This document shows positions 34,313 through 47,512 of a stretch of DNA of 53,187 bases, in pieces. A program made the position numbers and the translations under genes. How positions within the stretch are numbered: position 1 is the stretch's first letter; every line of letters starts with the position of its first letter. Under the pieces are notes generated by a model, which saw only the letters and a program-made list of their open reading frames with translations, was not told where the DNA came from and ran no database searches. Origin of the DNA: Octopus bimaculoides (taxonomy: Eukaryota); NCBI RefSeq assembly GCF_001194135.2, contig NC_068987.1, forward strand, positions 87,614,978 through 87,668,164, written 5' to 3'.

Positions 34313-35121
34313 AGGCAGCAAGCTGGCAGAAACGTTAGCACGCCAGGCGAACTGCTTAGCAGTATTTCGTCTGTCTTCACGTTCTGAGTTCAAATACTGC
34401 TGCGGTTGACTTTGCCTTTCATCCTTTCAAGGTCAATAAATTAAGTACTAGTTGTGTACTGGAGTCGATCTAATCGACTGGCCTCCTCCCCCAAAATTTC
34501 GGGCCTTGCGCCAAGAGTAGAAAAGATTATTATTATTGAAGGCGGCGAGATGGCAAAATGCCTAGCAATATTTCACCTGTCACTATGTTCTGAGTTCAAA
34601 TTCCACCGGGGTCGACTTTACCTTTCATCCTTTTGGGGTTAATTAAATAAGTATCAGTTACATACTGGGATCGATCTAAATCGACTATAGCTCTATTCCT
34701 CAAAATTTCAGGCCTTGTGCCTTTCGTAGAAAGGATTATTATTATTATTATTATTATTATTATTTTCATTATTATTGAAAGTGTTGCACAGTATCCAATA
34801 TTGTGATGCTGCAGGTTGTGGATATTGTGTAGATCAAGGATTTGTGCTGTCTGTCGAGTCACAACAAGGACCTTTATTATTATTGTCATTATTATTGTTA
34901 TTATTATTAAGGTGGCGAGCTGGCAGAAACGTTAGCACGTCAGGCGAAATGCTTAGCGGTATTTTGTCTGCCGCTGTGTTCTGAGTTCAAATTCCGCCAT
35001 GGTCGACTTTGCCTTTCATCCTTTCAGGGTCAACAAATTAAGTACCAGTTGCGTATTGGGATCGATGTAATCGATTCATCCCCTCCCCCAAAATTGCTAC
35101 CCTTGTGGCAAAATTTGAAAC

Positions 35122-35154
<33 letters not shown>

Positions 35155-35780
35155 GGGGGTGAGCTGGCAGAATAGTTAGCATGCTGGGAAATATGCTTAG
35201 CAGCAATTCATACATCTACATTCTGAGTTCAAATTCCACCAAGGTCAATTTTGCGTTTCATCCTCTTGGGGTCAGTAAATTAACTAACCAGTTGGACACT
35301 GGGGTTGATGCAATCAAGTTACCCCCTCCTCCAAACTTGCTGGCCTTGTGTTGAAATTTGAAACCATTATTATTACTTTTAACAACAATGTGGCTGTGGA
35401 TAATTAATTCAACTGACAAAGAACCAAGATTATGAGGTTTTAGTTTTCTTTTACTAGTTTCCACTCAATGGCTGCAGTCATGCTGGAGCACCTGACAATA
35501 ACATGACAATGACCCTAGTCTCTATAATATAATAAACACTGCCAGCAGTGAGCAGGTAGAATCGTTAGCACGCCGGGCGAAATGCTTATCGGTATTTTGT
35601 CTGCCGTTACGTTCTGAGTTCAAATTCTGCCAAGGTCGACTTTGCCTTTCATCCTTTCAGGGTCGATAAAATAAGTACCAGTTACGCACTGGGATCAATG
35701 TAATCGACTTAATCTCTATGTCTGTCCTTGTTTGTCCCCTCTATGTTTAGCCCCCTGTGGGCAATAAAGAAATATAATAA
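34313..35780 (+). mobile_element. cluster of five same-strand SINE family B copies separated by (ATT)n
   Basis: Heads near 34313, 34539, 34909, 35155, 35545; core GTTCTGAGTTCAAATTCC..GTCGACTTTGCCTTTCATCCTTTC. Confidence 0.85.
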
Positions 35781-37482
35781 ACATTCCTTATGGAGTTTCA
35801 TCCAACCATAGGTAACAGCTTGAAAAAGTTGATGACGGCTGTGAAAGGGTGACATCTTAATAGTAGCAGGGGATTTTAATGGCTGAGACAAGACACATTA
35901 GAATGGAGGACACTTACAGCCATTGGAATGAGAGGAAATAAAGGAAGGGTGGCTGTGTACAGGATGGGAGAGGTAGCAGAAAGAGTCTCTTGCTGGTTAT
36001 TGAGCAAGAGAAAGGAGTTAAGCTGGAAGCCATGAGGAGATGATGGGTAGGGATTTGGTCACCTCTGCTGACCCACCAACAGGAGGGTGCTACAGCTCAG
36101 GGTTAAAATACCTGATGATCACCAGATACCCTCTGATAACATCAGTTCCTCCTGGTCTAAGCTCCTTTCACTTTGCTGAATGGAAAAGGAGCACCTTCTA
36201 GGTGCTATCAATAATATATATTAACATCAATACTGTGAGAGGTAATATTTCTCTCTACCTAAACATGGGTGTTCTGTTAGAACAAACTATACTGCAGCAG
36301 TTAGCATGAGAGACACTCTCATATTGGTGCAAAATGCACTCTCGTTTTCTCCACTAGTGACATAAACGAGAGTACATTTTGCACCAAAAGCCCCATATGA
36401 GAAATATGGTAAATACCATAGTTAAGTTTATTCTAACACGTTTAAGTGGAGATAAATATTACTGCTCATTATCAATAATGTAACTGATTGAAGTGGTGGG
36501 GAACGGGGGGAGGTACAGCTATGAAATGATATAAAAAGGACATGGGATTCATCAAGCTTTATAATCCAACTGAATTTACTACTTGTAATACAACTTCAAG
36601 GTAACGAGCTGGTGGATTCATTAGCACATTGGACAAAATACTTAGCAACGTTTCTCCTGGCTCTGTGTTCTGAGTTTGAAATCCTGCTCAGGTCGAATTT
36701 GCATCTCATCTATTTAGGGTTGATAAAATAAAGTACCAGTCAATTACTGGGAGTCAATGTAGCAGTCTTACCCCCTCCCCTCGAAATTGCTGGCCTTAAA
36801 ATCCACAACAAACCAGCGTCCCCATTCAGGGAAAATGTTGTGATCTTGGTAACTTATGTGCCATGGAAATCGGATAACCAACCATACGAGTCCTAAGGAC
36901 TAAGAAAAATATATAAAGGCGGTGCTCCAGCATGGCTGCAGTCAAATGACTGAAACAAGTACAAGAGTACAAAAAACATACAAACTTCAGACAGCCAACT
37001 GGTTATGTGTTGCACTCAAATGAGACAGAGCGAAATCATTTTTTTTTTTATGAGTGAGAAAGAGAATTGGGAATATTTAGTTCAGAGAAATGTGGTCCCT
37101 AACATATGGACAAACTTCTCTATCTAAGGGAACTCAAACAGATTTTTAAAAATGTAAATCTCACCATCATTATTTGCTCGATGCCATAATTACTATAATT
37201 ATTAAAAGACTTTCTTTAAGGAGATAATGTTTTTTTTTTAAATATGAAAACCTCAACTGGATTAAATAAACTTTGAGATGAATGTTTAAAGAAAGAATGG
37301 CATTCCAAAGCAGGTTTAATTGAAATTTAAATTGCAGCATAGAAAATAAATATGAAGCAGTAACTAAGGTTGCAAGAAACTAAATTGTTCTTAAAAGGTA
37401 GATAAAAAGTAAAGGTCTATGTTTAATTTAAATGCAAGGCAATTTTCAGGCAATGATGTGAATCAATACTTATTATGCATAC

Positions 37483-38064
37483 CTGTACCCCAAGGGGTTG
37501 GTGTATTAAAATCAGTAGCCTGCATAGTACTGGATGACGTAGACTGAGATACCAAAGACCTACTGATACTAGTGAATGATTTGTTGGCATTTTTTGGCAA
37601 CAACGTTTCTACAGGGACTTCCTTGTTTGAAGAAGGTGATGGGCCCTCATAAGGCACAAATGGTTTGGGCCCAAGCAAACGCTGAGGTAAGGAAGGTAGA
37701 GATGAACGCCTCTGGATATTCTCAGGCTTAGAGGAATTAACAGAAGAATTGGTAGGAACAGCATGGGAGACAGTAGTAGTGGTTTCTACTAAAGGTGTGT
37801 CAAAATTATTTGATGGTAATGGAGGTGGATGAGATGAGAGATCATCATTTGAAAGATTGTTATTGGAAACGGAAGTTTCTGGAGGCAAAGATGGTGGTGA
37901 TAATGATTGGTCTCCAAGAAGAGATAACATTAATGGCTGAGATGTTGGGGGATAGGTTGGTTGTTGCTCACTGGAATTAGATGCAACATGTGAATTTAAA
38001 GGTGTTTCATTGGAACTTTGGAGATCAAAGTATTCAGGTGGGAGGTTTTGCTTCCAAAGTTCAT
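37483..38064 (-). CDS. PLEKHA7-like: PLEKHA5/6/7-like large Ser/Pro-rich exon (NELWKQNLPPEYFDLQ...FNTPTPWGT)
   Basis: tttgtttttcag / gtatgc; 582 nt, phase 1 to 1; lies within ORF 37463-38083. Confidence 0.85.
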
Positions 38065-38420
38065 CTGAAAAACAAATATTCAAAAAAAAAGAAAAGAACT
38101 CTAAAATGAGAGGAATGACTTCAGTTAATCCTTTTTATTTATTTTATTTATTTATTTTCTCTTCAAAGTAGGTTAAGTGAAAACTAAACAGAAGTTTAAG
38201 CAACAAATTACACTTGGATACTTACTTCAATGAAAAATTAAACCCCCACCTCTACAACCACCGAATTTTGGTGGCAGTAAGATTATCGGGAATTAATAAT
38301 AAGATGTAAGGTATTACCAGTAAAATAACTATTTCATGAAATATTTCATTCAGGGTATTTTGTTTTCTTATTTGGTTTGTGAAATTCTTGATGTGAATAT
38401 GTTGAAACTGATTCTGTTGT

Positions 38421-38789
38421 CTCTTGAGAAGGCCATTATGCCAACAAACACACACTGGTTCTTTTTCAGTTCTTTCAATATCATTTGTCAATTGGTTCAC
38501 CATTTAACTAAATAACTGTTTGATTACTGGTTTAATCAATCAATCAGATTTGTCAAAATGCTTTCATCATCATTAGGAAACCTTATCAATGACATGCCCT
38601 CTTTACTCTAGATCAGCTTTTGAAACAATAAAAAGACTTTGACAAACTTAGTTGACAGACAAACTGAGAAAGCAAATCAAACAATTGGTTAATTGGTTTA
38701 AACAGTTAGCCAATTGAAATTAAATAATAAAGCAGTGAAACAGAACCAGTGTGTGTGCTTAGTAATGGCATAATGACCCACCCAAGATA
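38421..38789. mobile_element. foldback MITE family F copy
   Basis: Colinear with 8585-8974, same termini. Confidence 0.7.
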
Positions 38790-39287
38790 GAAAATTATGT
38801 TACAGTGTAGCTAACATCAGAAGAATTTTATACACTTTCAAGACACACACAAAACAATAAATAGCACATAAATATTGAAAAGCAACTTTTTCCATCAAAA
38901 AGTGTTTTTATATACTATTATTTACAGCTTTCTCTGTCCAATTTAGAGTGGTTTACTTCTCAATAAAATAATGGAATAAGATGAGATTGTCCAGGAAACT
39001 GTCCTTCTCAGCCAAACTTCTTATTGGTTATATCACATTCTCTGATATTTCCATTTTCAGTTATTAAATAATAATAATTCAGACTATTTTCCAAAGCAAT
39101 ATTTCTAGAATCATATACATTATTTACATTTGATGGATATTTGTCCTCATCTTGTTTGTTGTTAACACATTTCGGCTGATAAATAAATTTTCAAATAAGA
39201 ATCAGTTAATAAACGATCTTTTATATGAGGAAATTTCTTAAAATATTGGGGAAAGTATAAAGAAAATAAGGCAATGTGATAACTTAC

Positions 39288-39431
39288 TAATTTCGTCTTC
39301 CCATTCACCATCGTCACCAGGGTATCCTCTCATTCTATCACTTCCTCCTCCGACACGTTCACGTCTTTGCTCTGCTTGTCTTTTCACATCTCGAACAGTT
39401 TGTACCCGGGGTCGTTCCTTCGGTAATAAAC
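39288..39431 (-). CDS. PLEKHA7-like: PLEKHA5/6/7-like exon (GLLPKERPRVQTVRDVKRQAEQRRERVGGGSDRMRGYPGDDGEWEDEI)
   Basis: ctaatctag / gtaagt; 144 nt, phase 1 to 1. Confidence 0.9.
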
Positions 39432-40366
39432 CTAGATTAGATCAGAAGAAAATATATTAAATGGGAACTTAGAGAAGAGATAATGCTGCTCTGAATGATT
39501 AAGGGACAAACTCTCTAACAAGTCTTACATGGAGTTAGGAATATTCCCTATGAATGTTTCAAATCTATTTAACTGAAAATTCAACATCAAGTCCTTGGAT
39601 TGTTAAGAAAACTTTTATACAGAACAATATTCCTCTATCTCCATCTGCCATTCCCCTTCCACACAGATTAACTTACCAACCCACTCATCCTGTCTAATCC
39701 TCCGTATCACTTCTCTTATATTCACCTTCCTCTAACCTAACCCATTAACTGCCAAATTTTTTTATTCATATTTTTTGTCTTTGCCAGGTGTCTTAGGAGT
39801 TAAAATAATAAATAGTATTTCAATTTTCTTCATATGTGAATTATTTTGGAAATTATAAATTTTTCAGGAAGTCCCAAACAGGGATCGCTGAAAAAAAAAA
39901 AAGCATATCTATCCTTTTCTATTCAATTGCAATAATAAATATTTCAGTTCTTTTTTGAAACTATAGAATCAAATGCGAATGTGTATGAAATATCAATGAA
40001 TGATATAGATGGGAAATACAAAAAAAAAAGTTTTCAAAACATAAATTGCAATTTTTGAACTACAACCACCATAATCGTTGTCATCGTTTAATGTCCGTTG
40101 CCTTCCATGCTGGCATAAACAATCAAAGGTGTACAATATGGCTCTTGCTACAACAGAGAAATCCTAATTAGATTGTCAGAGCAAATATCAGCATAAACCA
40201 GGACTTGCAAATTTCCTCATCATTTTGTAAATTACCTACGTTGGCCCATGAACATGGTTGAATGTTTGTGATTAACAGACCAAGTGCCAAGATAGATCAA
40301 CTGCTGAGTGCCATGAGACACAGTATCACTTTCAAAAGAGAATTAATATTTATCTTTGGGACTTAC

Positions 40367-40481
40367 CAAAGAATCTTTTGGTATTATCATCTGCTTCTTC
40401 AATATTCCAGTTATCCTCTGCTTCAGGTGCATCTGCTTCATCAGCGGTCAATAATCTTGGGTCACTCCCTTCAAACGGTGG
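40367..40481 (-). CDS. PLEKHA7-like: PLEKHA5/6/7-like exon (PPFEGSDPRLLTADEADAPEAEDNWNIEEADDNTKRFF)
   Basis: ttttccacag / gtaagt; phase 0 to 1. Confidence 0.9.
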
Positions 40482-40962
40482 CTGTGGAAAAGAAAAGAAT
40501 ATTACAATGTTTCAAATGAAGATGTGTAATCCTTCATTATCAAATTATGGTAAAAGTATTTACACTGAAATCATTGATATTCTGTCGAATCTTAGGATGG
40601 TCATTATGTCAATAATAAACACACACTGTTTCTATTTCACTTCTTTATTTGACAATTGGCTAACCATTTAATTAATCAGTTGTTCAAGGGGATTAAGTCG
40701 ATTACATCGACCCCAATGTGCAACTGGTACTTATTTAATTGACCCCGAAAGGATGAAAAGCAAAGTCAGTGGAATTTGAACTCAGAACGTAACGGCAGAC
40801 GAAATACCGCTAAGCATTTCACCCGACGGGCTAACGATTCTGCCAGCTCACCGCCTGTATGTGTATTGTTGACATAACGACCCTCCTCCTGAGATACAAC
40901 AAAATTTTAAAGATTGTTATACATTTCCAATATCCATTAATGTATAAGAACTCAATACTTAC

Positions 40963-41255
40963 CTGTGAGTAAACTTGTCTGATTTGTGTTTCAGCTTGTA
41001 AAGGTTCTTCATTGAAGGCGTAGATAGGACTGGGTACTGAGTTACTATCAATATAGCTATTGTTTCCTTCTGATGAAGGAGCTGATTTGGATTGAATATA
41101 TTCAACAAAACCAGGTCTATCTTCTTGAAACGTGCCATTTCCTTGATCGTTATCTGCTAAGTTGAACTGTACAGCCAAATCAACAGTGATTCTTGTGTCA
41201 AGATCCATTTCATAATAAGTCGTCGATTGGTTTGGAATCCTACTTAGTTCTTCTT
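40963..41255 (-). CDS. PLEKHA7-like: PLEKHA5/6/7-like exon (EEELSRIPNQSTTYYEMDLDTRITV...IRQVYSQ)
   Basis: ttcttttcctcag / gtaagt; phase 1 to 0. Confidence 0.9.
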
Positions 41256-41347
41256 CTGAGGAAAAGAAACGGGTGCTGAATGTATTAATTTCTATTCAAA
41301 GAATTATGGTTGCATTTGTGTAGCCTTTTACTTTTACTTTTTTTTTG

Positions 41348-41385
<38 letters not shown>

Positions 41386-42572
41386 TTCATTTGTATGTTT
41401 TTAAATTCAAATTCAGATATTTACATATTACATGGGACCAAGTTGTTCTTTTAAACAAAATTTACCAGTGAAATAGGATTAAAACTTGTTGCCAAATGGG
41501 TATAAGTTTTGGCAAATAGAATATTCATAGGTTCTACGTAGAACTGCAAATGCAATGTCTATAGGAAAATGCTTAACCATTGTTGTGTGTGGTTTAATGA
41601 GAAAAGGAAGGGCAATGTGCAAGATCTTTATCACAACCTTCACGAGTGGTAAGATAAAGAGAGGACATTATTCTCAAACCAGAAGCCTGACCCAAACGCT
41701 TGCAACAGGATAATGGTGGTGATGGTGGTGGTGGTGGTGGTAGTGGTGGTGGTCAATGATAATGACAACAAGGAGGAGGAGTCCATGCTGGTATGGATTC
41801 AATAGTTTGACAGGATCTGATGAGCCCAAAGACGGCATCATGCTTCAATTTCTGCTTTGGCACATATGTGTTGGGTACTTGTTATGTGCCATCAGCACTA
41901 ATAAGATTGCCATGAATGGAAATGGGGGAACATTATACTAGGAGAATAAGGAGTAGAGAGGGGTAAATTATAAGAGAAAGGGCTGGAACAGAATAGGTTT
42001 CTTGTTGTAGAGGTGTGATATGATTATTTACATTTTAGAAGAGAGGGTGAGAATTGGAGATGGAAAATGACATAAGTGATGTTGAGGATGTCATTAAATA
42101 CATCAAAAGTCAGGTGGTGGTGTTACATCAGGCAAGAAATTAAGTGTATGTCCAAAAACAAAAACAAAACAAAATGCTCACTCCAACAACGAACTTCCAC
42201 AGTTTCCAACAACTAAATTTCACAGATAAAGGTGTTAGTTGATCTGAGACTATGGCAGGCAAAGATGCTTGCCTAAGTGCTGAGCAGTGGAATTGAACTC
42301 AAAGCCATGGAAGTGCAAGGCAAATGTTAACCACACAGTCATGCCTATTCAGCAACAGTGCCTCGCAATAAATTTTGTTTATTATTCCAATGATTTGTGT
42401 TTATTTTCAAATTTCTGTACCTACACCACCCCTTGCTTATCAACCACATGGTCCTGGGCTCAGTTCCACTGCGTGGCACCTTGGGTAAGTGTTTTCTACT
42501 ATAGTCTCGGGCCGACCAAAGCCTTGTGAGTGGATTTGGTGGACGGAAACTGAAAGAAGCCCGTCATATATA

Positions 42573-42607
<35 letters not shown>

Positions 42608-43159
42608 NNNNNNNNNNNNNNNNNNNNNNNNNNNNNNNNNNNNNNNNNNNNNNNNNNNNNNNNNNNNNNNNNNNNNNNNNNNNNNNNNNNNNNNNNNNNN
42701 NNNNNNNNNNNNNNNNNNNNNNNNNNNNNNNNNNNNNNNNNNNNNNNNNNNNNNNNNNNNNNNNNNNNNNNNNNNNNNNNNNNNNNNNNNNNNNNNNNNN
42801 NNNNNNNNNNNNNNNNNNNNNNNNNNNNNNNNNAAAAAAAAAAAAAAAAAAAAAAAGAGTAAACATACAAGTTATTTGGCAACCTCACTAGTGCCAGTGC
42901 CACATAAAAAGCATCCAGTTCACTCTGTTAAGCGGATGGCGTTAGAGAGGGCATTCCAGCCATAGAAACCATGCTAAAGCAGACATTGGAACTTGTCACA
43001 GTCCTCTGGCTTGCCAGATTCTGTCAAACCATCCAATACATGCCAGCATAGAAAACATTCATTAGGATAACGATGAATCTAATTTTAGATATTTGCATGT
43101 TTTTATGAATTATAATTCCTCATGAAATTGCACCAAATTTTATTATGTGTTCTACTTAC

Positions 43160-43295
43160 CCACAGATCCTGGAGATTTTAGAGTATTTAAAGCTTCCGAT
43201 AAACGGGCAGCTTCTTTGTTCAGATTAAGCATTACATCCTGTACACGATGTAAATCTTTTTCCATTTGGTATCGAGTGTTGCTAGGATCTCCAGG
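43160..43295 (-). CDS. PLEKHA7-like: PLEKHA5/6/7-like coiled-coil exon (PGDPSNTRYQMEKDLHRVQDVMLNLNKEAARLSEALNTLKSPGSV)
   Basis: ccgtttccag / gtaagt; phase 0 to 1; MEKDLHRVQDV recalls the vertebrate IQKDLWRIEDV block. Confidence 0.92.
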
Positions 43296-43921
43296 CTGGA
43301 AACGGAAATTATTGAATGATTATCTTTGCAATAAAGAGATGTAGAATAATATTGGTTTCAAATGTTGGCACAAGGCCAGCAATTACGGGTGTGGAGATAA
43401 GTCAATCACATTGACCTCCAGTATGTAACCGGTACTTATTTTATCAACATTGAAAGGATGAAAGGCTAAGTCGACTTCAGCAGAATTTGAACTCAAAATG
43501 CAAAGACAGATGAACTGCTGCTAAACATTGTGCCCGGTTTGCTAACAGTTCTGCGTGTTCGCCGAATTAATAGAATAATCTTAAAAGTAATAGGAATATT
43601 ATTCGTCAACATATGAAACTTCAATCTGTTCTGAAAACAGTAAAAAGAAAAATATCTACCTCAAGCATCCCCGTCAGTCATTTTAATAATAATTTTAATA
43701 TTTCAACTTTGGTTGTATGATAAAAACTTCCTGATTTTTAAATCACATGAAAACCCTTATTCAAAATTTCATATTAATTTATATTTTTTCAACACGTAAA
43801 TACTGAACAGTATATATATAAAGGATAAAATCTTTTTAAGAGCATAAAATTTGCCAGCAACCAGCCATGAAGCTTGAACTCACACCCCTCCAATATCCAG
43901 TTGGAGCGCTCTACCCTTTAA

Positions 43922-44650
43922 CCCTTTCGTTACCAACCCGGCTGAAACCGTCTCTGGCTCTGAGTACAAATGTCTTGTTTTCAAAAGTTCTAAATTAAAA
44001 TCTTCCAACAAACCTTAGTCGTTAAACTAAACTGCTGACCGGCGAATTCTTTGGCAATTTTAGAAGTTATAAAGTCATCCAGAAATGCTAGATATCATAT
44101 AGACTACATCATACGTAAACAAACATAAGTTTGCTTTCGAAGCATTGAAATGTATTGTAGAAGTAGAAAGATAAATTTTTTTCAACACATAAATACTGAA
44201 CAGTATGTATAAAGGATAAAATCCTTTTAAGAGCCGAAAAACAGATATCTTTCTATTTGTTTTACAATACATTTCAACGCTTCGAAAACAAACTTATGGT
44301 TGTTTACATATGATGTAATTTATATTAATTTATGCTCTAAACACCAGCTTAATAATCATTTCTACTATAGGAACAAGGCCTGAAATTTGGGGGAGGGGGA
44401 TAGACAATTACACAGACCCCAGTACTCAACCGGTACTTGACTTAACCCCGAGAGGATGAAAGGCAAAGTCGATCTCAGCAGAATTTGAACTCAAAACATA
44501 AGGCAGATGAAACACCACTAAGCTTTTCACCCAGTGTTCTAATGATTCTGCCAGCTCACCGCCTTACACCAGTTTAATAATGATAACTACTTTACAAAAT
44601 TAATTATTTTCAAAATTAATGGAAACAACGATAATGTATTTCAAAAGAAA
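43922..44650. mobile_element. piggyBac-type MITE (P2) disrupted by a foldback insert (44098-44322) and a family B SINE (44357-44565)
   Basis: TTAA|CCCTTTCGTTACC start; MITE sequence resumes at about 44330; the SINE is flanked by a 16-bp TSD ACACCAGCTTAATAAT / ACACCAGTTTAATAAT. Confidence 0.65.
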
Positions 44651-44895
44651 CATACAGTTCTATATTTAAGATGTTGTATTCCTCTCGGGGGACTCACAAA
44701 GAAAACACGAGTTGTACTATTTAGTTATCACATTTATTATTAACTATAAACAAAGAACGCACTCACCGAATGTTCATTATCAAGACACAAGAATGTTGTC
44801 CTTGTGTTAACAACAAACAAGATGAGGACAAATATCCGTCGAATGTAAATAATGTAAAAGAAACATGGTAACATGGATAAAAGAATCAAACTCAC

Positions 44896-45003
44896 CAAAG
44901 TCGGTGCACTTCGACTTCGATTCAGGTCACCATGCACTTTTGAGCGCAACAAAGCTATTTCATGCTCCAGTTTACTGCTCTCTGCAGTGAGTTCTTCAAG
45001 TCT
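44896..45003 (-). CDS. PLEKHA7-like: PLEKHA5/6/7-like coiled-coil exon (RLEELTAESSKLEHEIALLRSKVHGDLNRSRSAPTL)
   Basis: tttttttacag / gtgagt; phase 0 to 0. Confidence 0.92.
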
Positions 45004-45250
45004 CTGTAAAAAAACATTTCCTTCTTTGACTAAGCAATACTAAACATTATTTGTTCAACAAACATCACAAGCGGAAATCTAAAAATCTGCTTAAATGAAC
45101 AACCTGAGAGAAACATCCAAAATCAACCTGAAAATAGTGTTGCTGTTTGGTCAGATTTGTTTTATTAAAAGACGAATATTCAACTGAAACACCTTACACA
45201 ATCTAAAATTTCAATACCTCAAATATTTTCGGAAATTGTCAGGTATTTAC

Positions 45251-45403
45251 CTTTGATGCTTCTGCTAATTGCTGCATTGCTCGAGAGAGTTCCCGCTTAA
45301 TGCTATGTTCTTTGTGGCGGAAATGTTCAAGCTGCCGGGGATCGATGGTGTGTTGGTTCTGCTGCTCAATTAAAACACCTCTAAGAGTCGTCTCGAGTGA
45401 TTC
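45251..45403 (-). CDS. PLEKHA7-like: PLEKHA5/6/7-like coiled-coil exon (ESLETTLRGVLIEQQNQHTIDPRQLEHFRHKEHSIKRELSRAMQQLAEASK)
   Basis: tttctcttcag / gtaaat; phase 0 to 0. Confidence 0.92.
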
Positions 45404-45879
45404 CTGAAGAGAAATTACAACATGAAATTAATAAATAACCAGTAACAAACAGTCCTTTCTACTGGAAGCCCAAGGCCTCAAATTTGGTGGAAGGGATTAA
45501 GTCAATTACATCGACCCCAGTGTGTAACTGGTATTTATTTAATCGACCCCGAAAGGATGAAAGGCAAAGTCAACCCCAGCAGAATTTGAACTCTGAATAT
45601 AGTGGCAGACGAAATACTGTTAAGCATTTCGCCTGGCATGCTAACAGTTCTGTCAATTTATCATCTAGTAACAAACATAATAACAGACATTTCACTGTCG
45701 TCAAAATCTGACGTCCACTTTCCCAATCTGGCATCGGTCAGATGGAATTTATTTAGGCAAATTTTCTACAGGTGGATGACCGTATTGTTGCCAACCCTGT
45801 TTCCAGGCAAAGTTATATTTCAAATGGTCAGACAGGTTTTTTTCATGGAAGGCTGGGAACAAACAACATCACATATATT

Positions 45880-46225
45880 CTTTTATTTGTTTCAATCACT
45901 TGACTGCAGCCATGCTGGAGCACCGCCTTTAGTCAAAGAAACCAACCCCAGAACTTATTCTTTTGCCAAACCACTAAATTACAGGGACTTAAACACACCA
46001 ACATCGGTTGTCAAGCAGTGGGGGGGGGGACGAACACAGACATGCAAACATATACATATTTATACACATACACGTTTAGCTTCTTTCAGTTTCCATCCAC
46101 CAAATCCACTCACAAGGCTTTGGTTGGCCCAATGCTATAATAGAAGACATTTGCCTAAGGTGCCATGCAGTGGGACTGAACCTGAAACCATGTGATTGGG
46201 AAGCAAGCTTCTTACAACACAGAAG
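45880..46225 (-). mobile_element. SINE family A copy
   Basis: Colinear with 487-899. Confidence 0.8.
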
Positions 46226-46827
46226 ATGCTCATTTACAACCATCACATGACATCTGGACAAGGGTATACACATATACACACACACCATGTTGTGAACAGG
46301 TCATGGTTTCAAAGCAACGAAAATATTTTGACAAATTAAATTTAAATGTTGAAGTGAATCGAATGGTTTTTGTGTGTTTCTTAAATGGCTTATAAACAAC
46401 ACCTTCCAGACTTTAATATCATTTTTTAAATTTTCATTTAAAATATTTTGATATACGACAGTATTACGGAGAAAGTGACTTTACAAGTGCCAAGACTAGT
46501 ACATAGTGCAAAGCAATTGTTGAAAGAGCAGAAACAATGCAAGGTCGAGAGGCTCCTGAGGATATGAAGACTTCACTAGCACTGATGACCTGATAGAAAA
46601 TGTACCCAGTGCACACTGTGTAAAGTGCTAGGAAGGGCAGCCTGTCATAGACACCACATGAAAGATTAAATACATAAGAAAGACATAGTCCTGTATCCCA
46701 CCAGGAGGAGGTGATAACTCCAAATAAGAACTGACACAGACTGGACAACCCATGCCAACAAGGAAAGCAGATGCAAAATCATGATGATGAAGATGCTGAC
46801 TGTGGTGGTGATGTTACCAAAACTCTC

Positions 46828-47217
46828 TTTACTCTTTTACTTGTTTCAGTCATCTGACTGCGGCCATGCTGGAGCACCGCCTTTAGTCGAGCAAATCGAG
46901 CCCAGGACTTATTCTTTGGAAGCCTAGTACCTATTCTATCGGTCTCTTATGCCGAACCGCTAAGTTACGGGGACGTAAACACACCACCATCGATTGTCAA
47001 GCGATGGTGGGGGGACAAGCAGACACACAAGCATACATATATATACATATATACGACAGGCTTCTTTCAGTTTCCGTCTACCAAATCCACTCACAAGGCT
47101 TTGGTCAGCCCGAGGCTATTAGTAGAAGACACTTGCCCAAGGTGCCACGCAGTGGGACTGAACCAGGAACCATGTGGTTGGTAAGCAAACCACTTACCAC
47201 ACAGCCACTCTTGCGCC
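46828..47217 (-). mobile_element. SINE family A copy
   Basis: Colinear with 487-899. Confidence 0.85.
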
Positions 47218-47405
47218 CAAAACGTCAATTTTATCTTTAAAGACTGATGGCCATTTACTGACACAGAAACAAAATACATTTGACAGACAATCATAACTAA
47301 CTTAGATATTTTATTTGAACAATTTAATTAATGAACTGAAATTTAATACAATTATTATCTTCAACAATTGATTCGATTAAGAAACCACACAAAATCCAGA
47401 CAAAC

Positions 47406-47486
47406 CTTATCTTCTTTGAGACCCGTCACTGCTAAACTCTTCTCCTGGATTAATTTGTCAAGTACGTACAACCGCTCCATTTTTTC
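47406..47486 (-). CDS. PLEKHA7-like: PLEKHA5/6/7-like exon (EKMERLYVLDKLIQEKSLAVTGLKEDK)
   Basis: tttgtcttgcag / gtttgt; phase 0 to 0. Confidence 0.9.
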
Positions 47487-47512
47487 CTGCAAGACAAACC
47501 AATAAGCATTTT

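Noticed and set aside
38350-38428. Possible short terminal exon (KTTESVSTYSHQEFHKPNKKTKYPE*) and ORF 38252-38503
   Set aside because: The acceptor is an AAG inside the terminus of the family F MITE with a poor pyrimidine tract.
45602-46195. 197-aa ORF
   Set aside because: Runs through pieces of SINE families B, C and A; chance read-through.
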